64,000 nt of DNA. It comes from a virus. Positions 7,391-16,407 of the stretch are shown here, piece by piece. Below the pieces are notes generated by a model, which saw only the letters and a program-made list of their open reading frames with translations, was not told the origin of the DNA and did no database searches. The translations under genes and the position numbers were made by a program. The stretch's first letter is position 1. Each line of letters begins with the position of its first letter. The DNA is taken from the IMG/VR virus record IMGVR_UViG_3300045988_138000, one strand, 5' to 3'.

Positions 7391-7439
7391 AAGAAAAGGC
7401 GACGACCGACATTTTCCGTCAGGTCAGCCGACCGCCGCC
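7391..7439 (-). terminator. strong intrinsic terminator or attenuator after the capsid gene
   Basis: Minus-strand RNA GGCGGCGGUCGGC...GUCGGUCGUCGCC forms a 13-bp stem (including G-U pairs) followed by UUUUCUU. Confidence 0.6.
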
Positions 7440-7474
7440 CGTGATTTTATTATTATGAGCAGTCGTGCCGATGA

Positions 7475-8761
7475 TTACTCACTTGCCTTGAAGAAGGCAG
7501 TAAGACCCATACTCATACCAGTAGCGGTGATAGTGATGGACTTCTCCTTGCTACCATTACTCCAATGCGAGAACTTATCCTTTGTACCATCCTTTGCCTC
7601 AAGAGTCAGGATCTGGTTAGGAGTGGTTTCTACGGCCTTGTCGTACTTAGTACCGTTGACGGTTACTGAAGCGTCGGTAATCTCCTTGCCTTCAGTTTCT
7701 GCGATAGTCACTACAAGGTTAGAGTTGGTATAGTCGCCAGATACGAAGTCAGTGCAGCGCAGCTCACCATCCGTAACAGCCAAAGCCCATGAGAATGGAT
7801 TTTCGATACCGTAACCCTGAATACTCTGACACTGGAACTGCAGGTCACGTGTATCGTTGTCAGAGCCGAGGCGTACATCGACGAAAGTCTGATTACCCTC
7901 TGAATCAACAGCGAACACGAGGTTGCCGGCAACAGAGAAGATGATGCGGTCGCCTTCACCCATACCGTCTACAGGAGCGATAGTTACCTTTGGCAACTCA
8001 GGAATCTTGTAGTTACCGTCTGCTACTACGTCGAGCTTGTGAGTACCGTATGACTGGAGAGCATAAGCATCAGAGATATTGATAGCAGTCTCTGTAGTCA
8101 TGTAAGCGAAAATCTGCTGACGACGAAGACGTGGATCAAGCTTCATGTAAGCTTCACGGAAGTTCTTGTAAGCAGAACTATCTGTGGAAGACGTAGGAGC
8201 TGAGATGGCTTCACAATGAATGAGGTTATGGTTAGCCTCACTGATCAAGCCGTCCTCGATGTCATGGTTGATACAGGTGATCCAGCCATCAGCCAAGCCC
8301 ATAGCCTTCTCCTCTTCGGTAGCGCCCTCGTGATCGTTGTCGATGTCACCCCACCAGGCGTTATTGTAGATGTCATCTGCATGGGTTTTGATTACGGCCT
8401 CTACAGCAACAGTAGAAAGAGGATAAGCACCCTGCGCGTCTGTACCATGGATTGTCTCGCAATATCTGTCGATATTATCAGAACCATGGAACCAAGCGAG
8501 CTTGGCAGTAAGTACGCGCTCTTTCAGGAAGCCCACCTCGCTGTTCATCTTAGGATTGACATCCTTTCGGCGAGTGGTGCCACCTTTACGCAAGAAGATG
8601 TTAGTTGTACGCTGATACTGGATGCCACTGATAACTTTTACTCCAAGACGCTGCATATCTTCAGGAGCTGCATACTGTGGTCCCATCACGACGCTTTTAA
8701 AAACTTGGTTAGCTACCTGCTGAAGGGCATCAATACCAATAAAGTTTTTAGGTGTATTCAT
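7475..8761 (-). CDS. major capsid protein candidate with a C-terminal InlB-B-repeat-like domain
   Basis: 428-aa ORF directly downstream of the protease-scaffold gene. Its size and a strong terminator after it fit a capsid gene. C-terminal ...KFSHWSNGSKEKSITITATGMSMGLTAFF resembles the Listeria-Bacteroides/InlB B-repeat fold. Confidence 0.6.
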   Translation of the reverse strand: MNTPKNFIGIDALQQVANQVFKSVVMGPQYAAPEDMQRLGVKVISGIQYQRTTNIFLRKGGTTRRKDVNPKMNSEVGFLKERVLTAKLAWFHGSDNIDRYCETIHGTDAQGAYPLSTVAVEAVIKTHADDIYNNAWWGDIDNDHEGATEEEKAMGLADGWITCINHDIEDGLISEANHNLIHCEAISAPTSSTDSSAYKNFREAYMKLDPRLRRQQIFAYMTTETAINISDAYALQSYGTHKLDVVADGNYKIPELPKVTIAPVDGMGEGDRIIFSVAGNLVFAVDSEGNQTFVDVRLGSDNDTRDLQFQCQSIQGYGIENPFSWALAVTDGELRCTDFVSGDYTNSNLVVTIAETEGKEITDASVTVNGTKYDKAVETTPNQILTLEAKDGTKDKFSHWSNGSKEKSITITATGMSMGLTAFFKASE

Positions 8762-8814
8762 AATACTTTACTTTTTAAAAATGTGAATGAAAGTTTGAAA
8801 AAATAGAAATGATG

Positions 8815-10503
8815 TTAGAGAAGACCATTATCACGTTTATACTTCTCGATAGCCTTCTTTGAGCCAACAGGATCTGAAGGGTTCCAAGTGGGGTAGGCTG
8901 TATGAGGTTCGGTTACCTGTGCGCCTTCTCCGTTGTTACCTGGTGCAGTTCCTGCCGCAGGTTCCTTGCCAGCCTCTTCGGTAAGGGCGGCTATCTGGGC
9001 GTCCTTGTCGGCAATGGTCTGCTCGGCTGTAGCGAGCGATTCCTTTGCGCCTTTCAGTTCCTCTTCGACCTTGGCTTTGTCGGTTGTCAGGGCAGCTATC
9101 TCCTCATCCTTTTTGGCAGTAAGAGTTGTCAGTTCCTCGTTCTTCTTGGCGAGAGTTGCAGCCGTTTCATCAGAACGAGTCTTAGCTTCGGCGTGTTCTT
9201 TCTGAAGAGCATCAAACTTAGCCTGAAGGTCGGCGAGCTTTTGCTCTGCTGTAGTGGCTTTCTGCTTTGCATCGGCCACAGCCTGCTCGTTGGTATTCAA
9301 CTTGGCTTCGAGAGAGTCGAGCAAGGGAGCATTCATGAATGTGCCTTCTGCATTGACTTCAATCTCGCCTTCCTTGATACCACAAGCAGCGCTAATCAAT
9401 GGGTAATTTTTCATATCAATATGAGTTTGGTTAAAATTGTTGTTGTTATCCTTTTTTGAAGATGGAGCGGTTGTTGGCTCTTGTGCTGAACTGGCTACTG
9501 TAGCTGGGGTAGAGGCGTTCTTAGGCTCTTTTTCTGTTCCTTCGGTATCAGTACCTTGGTCATCAGTGGTGATTTCTCTCTCGATAGGCTTTGCTGTACC
9601 ATTGTAGAGATCGAAGCAGCGGTGGATGCAATCAAGGAAAGTAGATTGACCATCCACCAAAATACCCTTTGCCTCTTCGGCTGTGAATATCTTTCCATGC
9701 AGATGTTCCTTTTTAGCTTTCGGGCAAGCCTTCTTTACATCTCTGCGGAACTCTACGCCCAGTTCAGCCAACTCTGCCACAAACTTCTCCGTATTGCCGT
9801 CGTTAGCAATATCACGGAACTCGCGATTCTTATCATAAGACTCCGGGTCGTAAATCTCGTGATAAGTCTCGTTGGTGAACTTGTTGATACTGCCGTCAGC
9901 CTCAGTATAAAAAGCACCCATCACACCGATGCAACCTACACCGTCCTTGGGGTGCATGTAATATCGCTCATCGCAGAGAGAAGCGAGATACATACCGGCA
10001 GAATAGCAGTCACCATCGATGAAACACAGAACAGGCTGACCAAGTGAACGTGCATAATTGATGGCCTGTTCATAATCATTCTTAGCCCATGCTGTACCGC
10101 CAGGTGTGTCAACGATAAAGATATGACCACGACACAAAGGATGATTGGCTGCATTAATCATCATGTTACGATGATCGACGGAACCATACGAGCAGCCGCC
10201 GCCATTGCGGGTGATAGGACCATCAACTGTAAGGACAGAGACAAAAGGAAAATTTTGTGCATTCTCATCTTTGAGAGCCCACTGACTTCTCACCTGATTA
10301 CCATCCTCTGAAATCTGATATTCCTCGGGATAGTAGACGCATCCGTTCTCGTCTATAGCAGTGACAAAACCGCAAGTCTTCTGAGGCTTCTCGAAAGCAG
10401 CATGAGTGTTCAGGTTCTGCTCTAAGGCCTTACGTATTCCGTGTACGAACTCGGGGTTGATCATCCACTCCTTGTTGGTCATAATTTCAAAAAGACCTTT
10501 CAT
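8815..10503 (-). CDS. prohead protease (S49/ClpP-fold) fused to a coiled-coil scaffold domain
   Basis: FIDGDCYSAGMYLASLCD is the S49 serine context. The C-terminal ~190 aa are Ala/Lys/Glu-rich heptads (AKQKATTAEQKLADLQAKFDALQKEHAEAK...), as in the lambda C/Nu3 arrangement. Confidence 0.8.
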   Translation of the reverse strand: MKGLFEIMTNKEWMINPEFVHGIRKALEQNLNTHAAFEKPQKTCGFVTAIDENGCVYYPEEYQISEDGNQVRSQWALKDENAQNFPFVSVLTVDGPITRNGGGCSYGSVDHRNMMINAANHPLCRGHIFIVDTPGGTAWAKNDYEQAINYARSLGQPVLCFIDGDCYSAGMYLASLCDERYYMHPKDGVGCIGVMGAFYTEADGSINKFTNETYHEIYDPESYDKNREFRDIANDGNTEKFVAELAELGVEFRRDVKKACPKAKKEHLHGKIFTAEEAKGILVDGQSTFLDCIHRCFDLYNGTAKPIEREITTDDQGTDTEGTEKEPKNASTPATVASSAQEPTTAPSSKKDNNNNFNQTHIDMKNYPLISAACGIKEGEIEVNAEGTFMNAPLLDSLEAKLNTNEQAVADAKQKATTAEQKLADLQAKFDALQKEHAEAKTRSDETAATLAKKNEELTTLTAKKDEEIAALTTDKAKVEEELKGAKESLATAEQTIADKDAQIAALTEEAGKEPAAGTAPGNNGEGAQVTEPHTAYPTWNPSDPVGSKKAIEKYKRDNGLL

Positions 10504-10593
10504 ACGGGTTTAAAAATTAAGATTGTAAATGTATGTTATCCTGTAAACAATTCTTTTTACCAAAGAATGTACTATGTCAAATGTTTCTGTTTG

Positions 10594-10601
10594 CAAAGGT
10601 A
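10594..10601 (-). promoter_or_regulatory. candidate late -7 promoter box (ATTACCTTTGCA)
   Basis: Minus strand TACCTTTG matches TAnnTTTG. The same 12-mer ATTACCTTTGCA recurs upstream of the holin operon (24314-24325). Confidence 0.45.
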
Positions 10602-10626
10602 ATAGATTGAAGGTAGGCAAAAAGGA

Positions 10627-10662
10627 CAAAAAAACGCCGCTATCCTCACGGACAACGACGTT
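10627..10662 (-). terminator. rho-independent terminator
   Basis: Minus strand AACGTCG...CGGCGTT stem followed by T7-8, directly after the stop of 10709..11197. Confidence 0.6.
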
Positions 10663-10708
10663 GACAACTAAATACTATTTCTGATATTTAACGAATATAT
10701 CTTAAAAT

Positions 10709-11197
10709 TTATTCCAACTGAATAGGAATAAAATCGGACATTGCTTTGCAAGTAGCTGTTACGGTTCTCGACTCCGAACCGTTTGTAACAGTCGACGATG
10801 TGGCAAGTCGAAAAGTATGAGCAAGCGTATAACAGAGCCAAAACGATTCGTCTCGCCTACGAAGTACTATATAATAGTCCTTACCCTTCATCTGTTTAGA
10901 CGCTTCGCGTACATTTTTACCACCAGTCACAACATTTACACTCACCTCAAAGGTATAAACAGTTCCGTTTCCACCTTGCGATGGAGTTTCTTTAGCTGTA
11001 ATACTGCTTGCCAATACCGTATGTTCTCCTTCCGACATGGCGATATGCAGCGCTGGCTCAGAAAAGTTGCAGTTGTTTATCTGCATAATCTGAGCGACAA
11101 AAGGCGGAACAGGTATAGAGGAATGTTCCCCATCATGAAAGTAAACGTCGGTTACGCCATCAAGAAACGTCTCCCTACAATTATCTGGTACAAACAT
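10709..11197 (-). CDS. hypothetical protein (162 aa)
   Basis: Track ORF in operon orientation. No motif recognised. Confidence 0.55.
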   Translation of the reverse strand: MFVPDNCRETFLDGVTDVYFHDGEHSSIPVPPFVAQIMQINNCNFSEPALHIAMSEGEHTVLASSITAKETPSQGGNGTVYTFEVSVNVVTGGKNVREASKQMKGKDYYIVLRRRDESFWLCYTLAHTFRLATSSTVTNGSESRTVTATCKAMSDFIPIQLE

Positions 11198-11270
11198 ATA
11201 TATCGAATATTACATTTAAATTTTTAACTTATTTTGCTTTTCTTATTAACACATTTTTAAAGGTTGTATT

Positions 11271-12002
11271 TTACAGCCATTGTATCTCGTCAATGTGCAT
11301 ACTGCTTTCTTTAGCGTCGCCATACTGCATATCGAAACACGAAAACGACTTATAATTGGCGTGTTCAGTACTCAACCAGCGGTTGACGATGCGGCGAAGA
11401 TTATCCTTCTCTTCGGTTGTCGGTTCTATGCCATATCTCATTAAGTATCGCTCCAGCGCAGCAGCCCTGGAGCGGGCTATCAGCCGACCTTTTGACGTGC
11501 AATAATCGAAAGTAGACAACGACCACTCTACAATGCTTCGCTTGAAGTCATTGTTGATGGATGTAAGCAGGCGACGCACGCCATTGGTATCAATCGTCCA
11601 GGAAGGAGTAACCGACTTTACTACGTCTACCATTTCCACCTCATTCGGAAGTTTAATGCAAAGATAATCTTCATTAATGGTTTTAGCGTAATCAAGTTTA
11701 CCATTCAAGTACTGAACTTCGCCATAAGAAAGATATTGGTGAACATCTCTCTTGATGACAATACTACCACCTAAAGGGTGTCTTCCCTGCATCATGTTTC
11801 GCCACTGCTGTTGCGAAAAACAGGTCATGTTTATTTGCTTACAATTAGCCACAGCCGGGGTCAGTGAATTGCGCAAAATGAAATGCTCCGGCATATAACT
11901 GTTAAAGACCAGAGGATCACACTTTGACAATACATGGTTAGAGTCTCGATTCCTGATAAACTGGCACCGACTCAACGGAAGCCGAAGATAGATATTTGGC
12001 AT
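11271..12002 (-). CDS. hypothetical protein (243 aa)
   Basis: Track ORF starting 23 nt after the stop of 12025..13029. Confidence 0.55.
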   Translation of the reverse strand: MPNIYLRLPLSRCQFIRNRDSNHVLSKCDPLVFNSYMPEHFILRNSLTPAVANCKQINMTCFSQQQWRNMMQGRHPLGGSIVIKRDVHQYLSYGEVQYLNGKLDYAKTINEDYLCIKLPNEVEMVDVVKSVTPSWTIDTNGVRRLLTSINNDFKRSIVEWSLSTFDYCTSKGRLIARSRAAALERYLMRYGIEPTTEEKDNLRRIVNRWLSTEHANYKSFSCFDMQYGDAKESSMHIDEIQWL

Positions 12003-12011
12003 GTTTTTTTA

Positions 12012-12078
12012 TGTTTACTTTTACCTATAAATCAGCAAGAAAGTCTTTTTTTACCTTTTTACTTTTTTTACCTTTACT
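12012..12078 (-). repeat. copy C of the (GTAAAAAR)n + TTCTTGCTGATTT element, here translated as the C-terminus of 12025..13029
   Basis: Minus strand reads GGTAAAAAAAGTAAAAAGGTAAAAAAAGACTTTCTTGCTGATTTATAGGTAAAAGTAAAC and encodes ...SKGKKSKKVKKDFLADL-stop. Confidence 0.8.
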
Positions 12079-13029
12079 TCTATGATAGTACAACAGAATA
12101 ATATCTGTTACGCTAAAACAATAGTTGGCAGGATCTTTATCCGCTGTGACCATACATCCCGCCTCTTTCATCACCTTATCGAGCCTTTCTGTCTGACTGG
12201 GCGATAAAGCTTTGACAAGCGATAAAGCATCTATATACGTTCCTCCACTTTCCGTATGCTTGATAAATTCCTTATCAAAATGGGTTTCATTGTAAAAAAA
12301 CAGGTTAAGGGCTTCTACCATCTGCTCTGCAGAGTAGACTGGAAGCTGGGGTGTCAGTTTACGAAGCCTTTTACAATAGGTGGTCAGACGTTTGCTGAGG
12401 TAGTCGTCGATGCTGTCAGAATAGTCAAAATAAAGCTGCGCTTTGGGAGTGTTGTCATTTTCACCGACAACAGACTTATAAAAGCCGCGAAGTTGCTGTA
12501 TCATTTTAAGAACACCGTCAAACTGATGGAACTCAGTAGTATTACCGAAGACTGCATACATATTCGACCTGACATCCTTCACGACACATTCCAGCATGTC
12601 AGAAAGAAACGCTACCTTATCAAGGTTGAGTGACAATGTATCTACTTTCTCTTGCATACCATCCTGAGAATAATCTACAAAATATCTCAGTAGAGTACCA
12701 AAGGAGAAAAAGTCGAAGGTAACGTTAGAACGAACATTCGCCAACACAACGGAGGAATACATCGTATAAGCCAGCTCTAAATCGCGCTTCTGTATCTGCT
12801 TCACCAAATTTTGAATCTCTGAAGAACCTTGCTTCAACCTACTTGCCACCTTCGCGAGGTTATTGCGTTTCGTCATCAACTCATTAAAGTCAGGATCACG
12901 AAAGAGTAGGTCAAGTGACTCAGTGTATTTCTCCAAAGGTACATCTTTGAAGTTAATGTAATAAATGGTAGGCTGCGCATAGATGGCATCTATGCGCTTT
13001 GCCTCTTGTTGCTTTTTGCTTTTGCCCAT
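12025..13029 (-). CDS. hypothetical protein (334 aa) with a K-rich ...DFLADL tail
   Basis: Track ORF. Probably helical. The last 17 codons lie inside repeat copy C. Confidence 0.55.
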   Translation of the reverse strand: MGKSKKQQEAKRIDAIYAQPTIYYINFKDVPLEKYTESLDLLFRDPDFNELMTKRNNLAKVASRLKQGSSEIQNLVKQIQKRDLELAYTMYSSVVLANVRSNVTFDFFSFGTLLRYFVDYSQDGMQEKVDTLSLNLDKVAFLSDMLECVVKDVRSNMYAVFGNTTEFHQFDGVLKMIQQLRGFYKSVVGENDNTPKAQLYFDYSDSIDDYLSKRLTTYCKRLRKLTPQLPVYSAEQMVEALNLFFYNETHFDKEFIKHTESGGTYIDALSLVKALSPSQTERLDKVMKEAGCMVTADKDPANYCFSVTDIILLYYHRSKGKKSKKVKKDFLADL

Positions 13030-13107
13030 ATTAAAATCTACTATTTATCATAACGTCCATTAACGCCCAAACGAAGACGCATCTTTAGCCATGATTATTT
13101 TATACGA

Positions 13108-13497
13108 TTATCTCTCGTCACCATCACCGGCAATGACATGTCTTTCTTTACGAGAGGCGAGTTTTGCCAGGTTTTCATCAGCCACTTCTTCGAGCGTAAC
13201 GCCCATCACTTTTGCCAGTCCTGCTGTCTGCCAAAGAATGTCGCCGATTTCAGAGAGCATCAGATGTCGTTCCTCGTCGCTGACGTTCCACACCTGTGTA
13301 TGCAGGATTTTGCCTTCCTCGTCGCGCTGGGTGGTGGTGATATGCAGCTTGCCTTTGCGCATGTGCTTACCGGCTTTGCTTGCAAACTCGCCGACCTCGC
13401 CTACGAGATTGGCAAGCATATAGAAGAGATTGTCACTCTCAGGAAGACAAGTACTCATTGCCTTGTCCTGATATTCGTTTAATGTTAAATTTGCCAT
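13108..13497 (-). CDS. MazG-like nucleoside triphosphate pyrophosphohydrolase
   Basis: LANLVGEVGEFASK and EIGDILWQTAGLAKVMGVTLEEV are the MazG EExxE / ExxD-type helices. Size of 129 aa is typical for phage MazG. Confidence 0.75.
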   Translation of the reverse strand: MANLTLNEYQDKAMSTCLPESDNLFYMLANLVGEVGEFASKAGKHMRKGKLHITTTQRDEEGKILHTQVWNVSDEERHLMLSEIGDILWQTAGLAKVMGVTLEEVADENLAKLASRKERHVIAGDGDER

Positions 13498-13520
13498 GAT
13501 ATATATGTTTATATTGATGA

Positions 13521-14417
13521 TTAAATGTCAAACTCATCACAATACTGGCGCATACGCTCGATGATGATGTTGCGTATCTTTTCGCCAATAATCTTTGCAT
13601 TGGGATGCGGCGTGCCCGTCTTGCCATGGAAGCGAAGGTCAAGAATATGGCTCCAGTCGGAAAGCGTGTAGGTATATGCCACAACGGTATAGGTGTCGAG
13701 AGGCAGAACACCTCGTGCGTCCTGCGGCTTCAAGCCGGACTTCAAAAGTCGGTTGTAGCCCCACTCACACACACGACATACAAGGCCATACACAAAGCGC
13801 TGCCAACGACTGCCTTCTGCGTGCCAATGCGGACGAGCTATCTGTACGCCTCCCTTCTTCTCTAAATTGCAATAGCGTGTGCTCTGCTCGGCGATGCTGT
13901 TGGGCGACGTGCGGTTGAGCTCACGCGATGTACTTATCTGCGTGGTTACTACCATCGTCATGCGGATAATAGAGAATGCCTCCTCACACTCGTACTTCAG
14001 TGCCTTCTCGATAAACTCGTCTTCGCTGACACCATACTGACTAAGCGCATTCATCATGTCCTCGTGCTCAAGCGCAAACTGAGTATTGGTACTGAACCAT
14101 ACCTTATGATTCTTGGTGGCATAGTTGATGTAAGGCGATGCTGCCAGGTATGCCCAGATGTGGTTAGGAAGACCCCTTTCGTTGGGCATAAAGAAATAAA
14201 CTGTGCCGTGGCGAAGCATCGAGCGATGTCCGCTTTCCCAGAAGCCTTTGCAGCGCTCCTCGTCACGCTTCTGGATGAAAGTTTTCACTTCCTCTTCGGT
14301 CAATCCTTCTCCGGGCTGCTTGCCCTTAGCCTTGTAGCATATTCTGCCCACTCTTGCTATGTGTTGCGCAAGAGTAGTCTGCTGCCACCATTCTACTTGT
14401 GGTTCGATGAATTTCAT
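13521..14417 (-). CDS. ThyX-like flavin-dependent thymidylate synthase homolog with a divergent signature
   Basis: TQISTSRELNRTSPNSIAEQSTRY aligns to the ThyX motif RHRxxSxxxxSxRY, but reads R-T-S in place of R-H-R. Confidence 0.6.
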   Translation of the reverse strand: MKFIEPQVEWWQQTTLAQHIARVGRICYKAKGKQPGEGLTEEEVKTFIQKRDEERCKGFWESGHRSMLRHGTVYFFMPNERGLPNHIWAYLAASPYINYATKNHKVWFSTNTQFALEHEDMMNALSQYGVSEDEFIEKALKYECEEAFSIIRMTMVVTTQISTSRELNRTSPNSIAEQSTRYCNLEKKGGVQIARPHWHAEGSRWQRFVYGLVCRVCEWGYNRLLKSGLKPQDARGVLPLDTYTVVAYTYTLSDWSHILDLRFHGKTGTPHPNAKIIGEKIRNIIIERMRQYCDEFDI

Positions 14418-14459
14418 TATGGATGAATTTTAGTTTGTTATTTAAAAGATAGTGCATTC

Positions 14460-14966
14460 TCATATTTCCCGAAGTTTACACAAAACTCGTCGCTTCACCT
14501 TGTCGCACAAACTTTCGAGCGAGCCGTTGTTGAAGATTACTGCATCGTAGAAGAACAAGGACAGAAGATTGCGCTGTTGGTCGCGGTCTAAGCGTTCCTG
14601 CGACACCCCTCGGCGCAGTCGGGTTGCTTCCCATGCCGTCACACAAATCTTGAATAGCTCGATGTCGGGGAATTTCTCGCACAAGGCTTTCAGTCCGTCC
14701 TCGTCAATCACGTAAATAGCCTTGTCCGTCACCTGGTCGATGGTGGTCCAATACTCATAGCCGCCATACTGGGTGTATGCCAACATCTTGTCGTGCGGTA
14801 CGTCGCACTTCTCTACAAAATAATGCTGCCAACCGTCAATTTCGCCTTCACGCTTCGGGCGAGTGGTATAAGAACATATCACTTTATAGCCGCCCATGTC
14901 GGACAGCATCTGAGCCACAGTGTCCTTTCCTGCGCCACTCGGACCAGTAATTGTTATCAGTTTCAT
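14460..14966 (-). CDS. guanylate-kinase-family nucleotide (dNMP) kinase
   Basis: P-loop ITGPSGAGKDT plus YTTRPKREGEIDGWQHYFV, the guanylate kinase signature T-[ST]-R-x2-R-x2-E-x2-G-x2-Y-x-F. Confidence 0.75.
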   Translation of the reverse strand: MKLITITGPSGAGKDTVAQMLSDMGGYKVICSYTTRPKREGEIDGWQHYFVEKCDVPHDKMLAYTQYGGYEYWTTIDQVTDKAIYVIDEDGLKALCEKFPDIELFKICVTAWEATRLRRGVSQERLDRDQQRNLLSLFFYDAVIFNNGSLESLCDKVKRRVLCKLREI

Positions 14967-14996
14967 ATATTTTTTGTTTGAATTTTAACATTTGAG

Positions 14997-15029
14997 CAAT
15001 CAGTAAACAATCAGTAAACAATCAGTAGA
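14997..15029. repeat. three tandem 11-bp repeats (CAATCAGTAAA x2, CAATCAGTAGA)
   Basis: Read directly, 31-63 nt upstream of ATG 14966. The 11-bp period places sites on nearly the same helix face. Confidence 0.8.
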
Positions 15030-15143
15030 CATGAAGTAAATACGCATAGGCTTCACTTTTTGCGAAAATCAGGGCTTTTTTGCCATTTTTTGAGTTTTCG
15101 ATTTAACACTTGTGAAAAAATGTTTTTATGTAATTACGACCCT

Positions 15144-16229
15144 TTAGCCATAGATTTCCTGCATATCCTCCCTCGAAAGTGTTACCTTGGCTCTTTTGCA
15201 AAACATGAAAAAAGTATTTGCTCTTACTCTTTCGTATTTTCCGAATGACTTCCAAGGAGCCACAAAGTCTGATTCACGGTGTCCGTGGTTGGCATCAAAG
15301 GGACGGAAACGAGAAACTCGCTTCCACATATCATAGCCTTCATGCGGATCGATACTGTATAAAGACATTCCGCATTTAACCCAGTCATCATAGTTTTCCA
15401 TAATGTCAACAGCGTTCTGCTCTACCTTGCGTACAAGGACACGAGCTTTGCGCAAGATGATGTCGGGTGTATCATTCTCCCAATCACCAGTATAACCCGA
15501 CCTCTGACCTGACGACGTATTTTCGTAATGCGTAGCAACTTTAGTTACAGGAATTAGCGATGGCAACACAGCCATATCTTCCAGTCCCTTATACGGCACC
15601 ACATTTTCATTGATATATATATGTTCGGGATCGTCCCAGGAGGCGAAGCGCACACGACCGATGTTGCTGCAAGCCTTGTCGAGCATGATGCCGATAGCGG
15701 CATATTCTTTGAGCAGAGCTTTGAACTGGTCTTTGTGTCTTTCGGGATAGGCCAGACGAACCAGACCGAAATAACCAGTACCAGAGCAAGACCGCATCAT
15801 TAATCCTATCTCAGGACAAAAACGGGCAAGCTTAAATATACTTTCAAAATCAGTTATATGAAGATTGTCCTGCAGATCAATGTCGATGGCGAGCCAGCCC
15901 GTGTGCTGTTTCAGGTGGCTCTCTCGTCGGCTAACCATGACACGCTGCCCTGGATGGGTCAGACTGTCATCCTCATAGAGGGCGAACAAGCCGCTAAGAG
16001 TTGCTCCAGGCAAATGCTTCTTGGTATCGATGTACTCGGGCATCTTCTTTGCCTTGCTGCCAAATTCCTGACGCATAGCACGAAGGCGCTGCACATACGG
16101 CTTCCATCTGTCCGTAAGACAGAACTCGCGGATAGTCATCTGCTGAATGCACTCACCCGTCTCGCGGTCTACGAAACGGCCATAAGCATCTTGGGCAGAC
16201 TCATAAATAGAGCAAACTTCGTCAAACAT
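15144..16229 (-). CDS. primase-like protein (resembles VirE/BT4734-type N-terminal domain proteins); function tentative
   Basis: 361-aa ORF behind a canonical promoter. The stretch HTGWLAIDIDLQD...GTGYFGLVRL recalls the VirE_N/BT4734 family. This rests on recollection only. Confidence 0.45.
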   Translation of the reverse strand: MFDEVCSIYESAQDAYGRFVDRETGECIQQMTIREFCLTDRWKPYVQRLRAMRQEFGSKAKKMPEYIDTKKHLPGATLSGLFALYEDDSLTHPGQRVMVSRRESHLKQHTGWLAIDIDLQDNLHITDFESIFKLARFCPEIGLMMRSCSGTGYFGLVRLAYPERHKDQFKALLKEYAAIGIMLDKACSNIGRVRFASWDDPEHIYINENVVPYKGLEDMAVLPSLIPVTKVATHYENTSSGQRSGYTGDWENDTPDIILRKARVLVRKVEQNAVDIMENYDDWVKCGMSLYSIDPHEGYDMWKRVSRFRPFDANHGHRESDFVAPWKSFGKYERVRANTFFMFCKRAKVTLSREDMQEIYG

Positions 16230-16260
16230 ATCTTAGTTATTGTACTTAGTACTTTCGTTG

Positions 16261-16291
16261 CAAAATTAAGAAATAAAATCAAGATAACAAA
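16261..16291 (-). promoter_or_regulatory. Bacteroidota sigma-A type promoter (early module 1)
   Basis: Minus strand TTTG-N19-TAATTTTG, 32 nt upstream of ATG 16229. Part of an ~80-bp module conserved at 48.2 kb and 58.4 kb. Confidence 0.65.
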
Positions 16292-16407
16292 ATACCTGGG
16301 ATATTTTCCTGAATATTTAAGATATATTAAAAGAAATTTAATCGAAATATCTCAGTTGTTTCACATAATGATAGGTATTTTTGAGTTACGAGAAGGAGAA
16401 TAAAATA

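Noticed and set aside
10640-10653. Identical 14-mer CTATCCTCACGGAC in the loops of two terminator hairpins (also at 59280-59293)
   Set aside because: Several identical 14-mer pairs are expected by chance in 64 kb (about 7 by a rough estimate), and the stems differ. Noted as a curiosity but not strong enough to call a motif.
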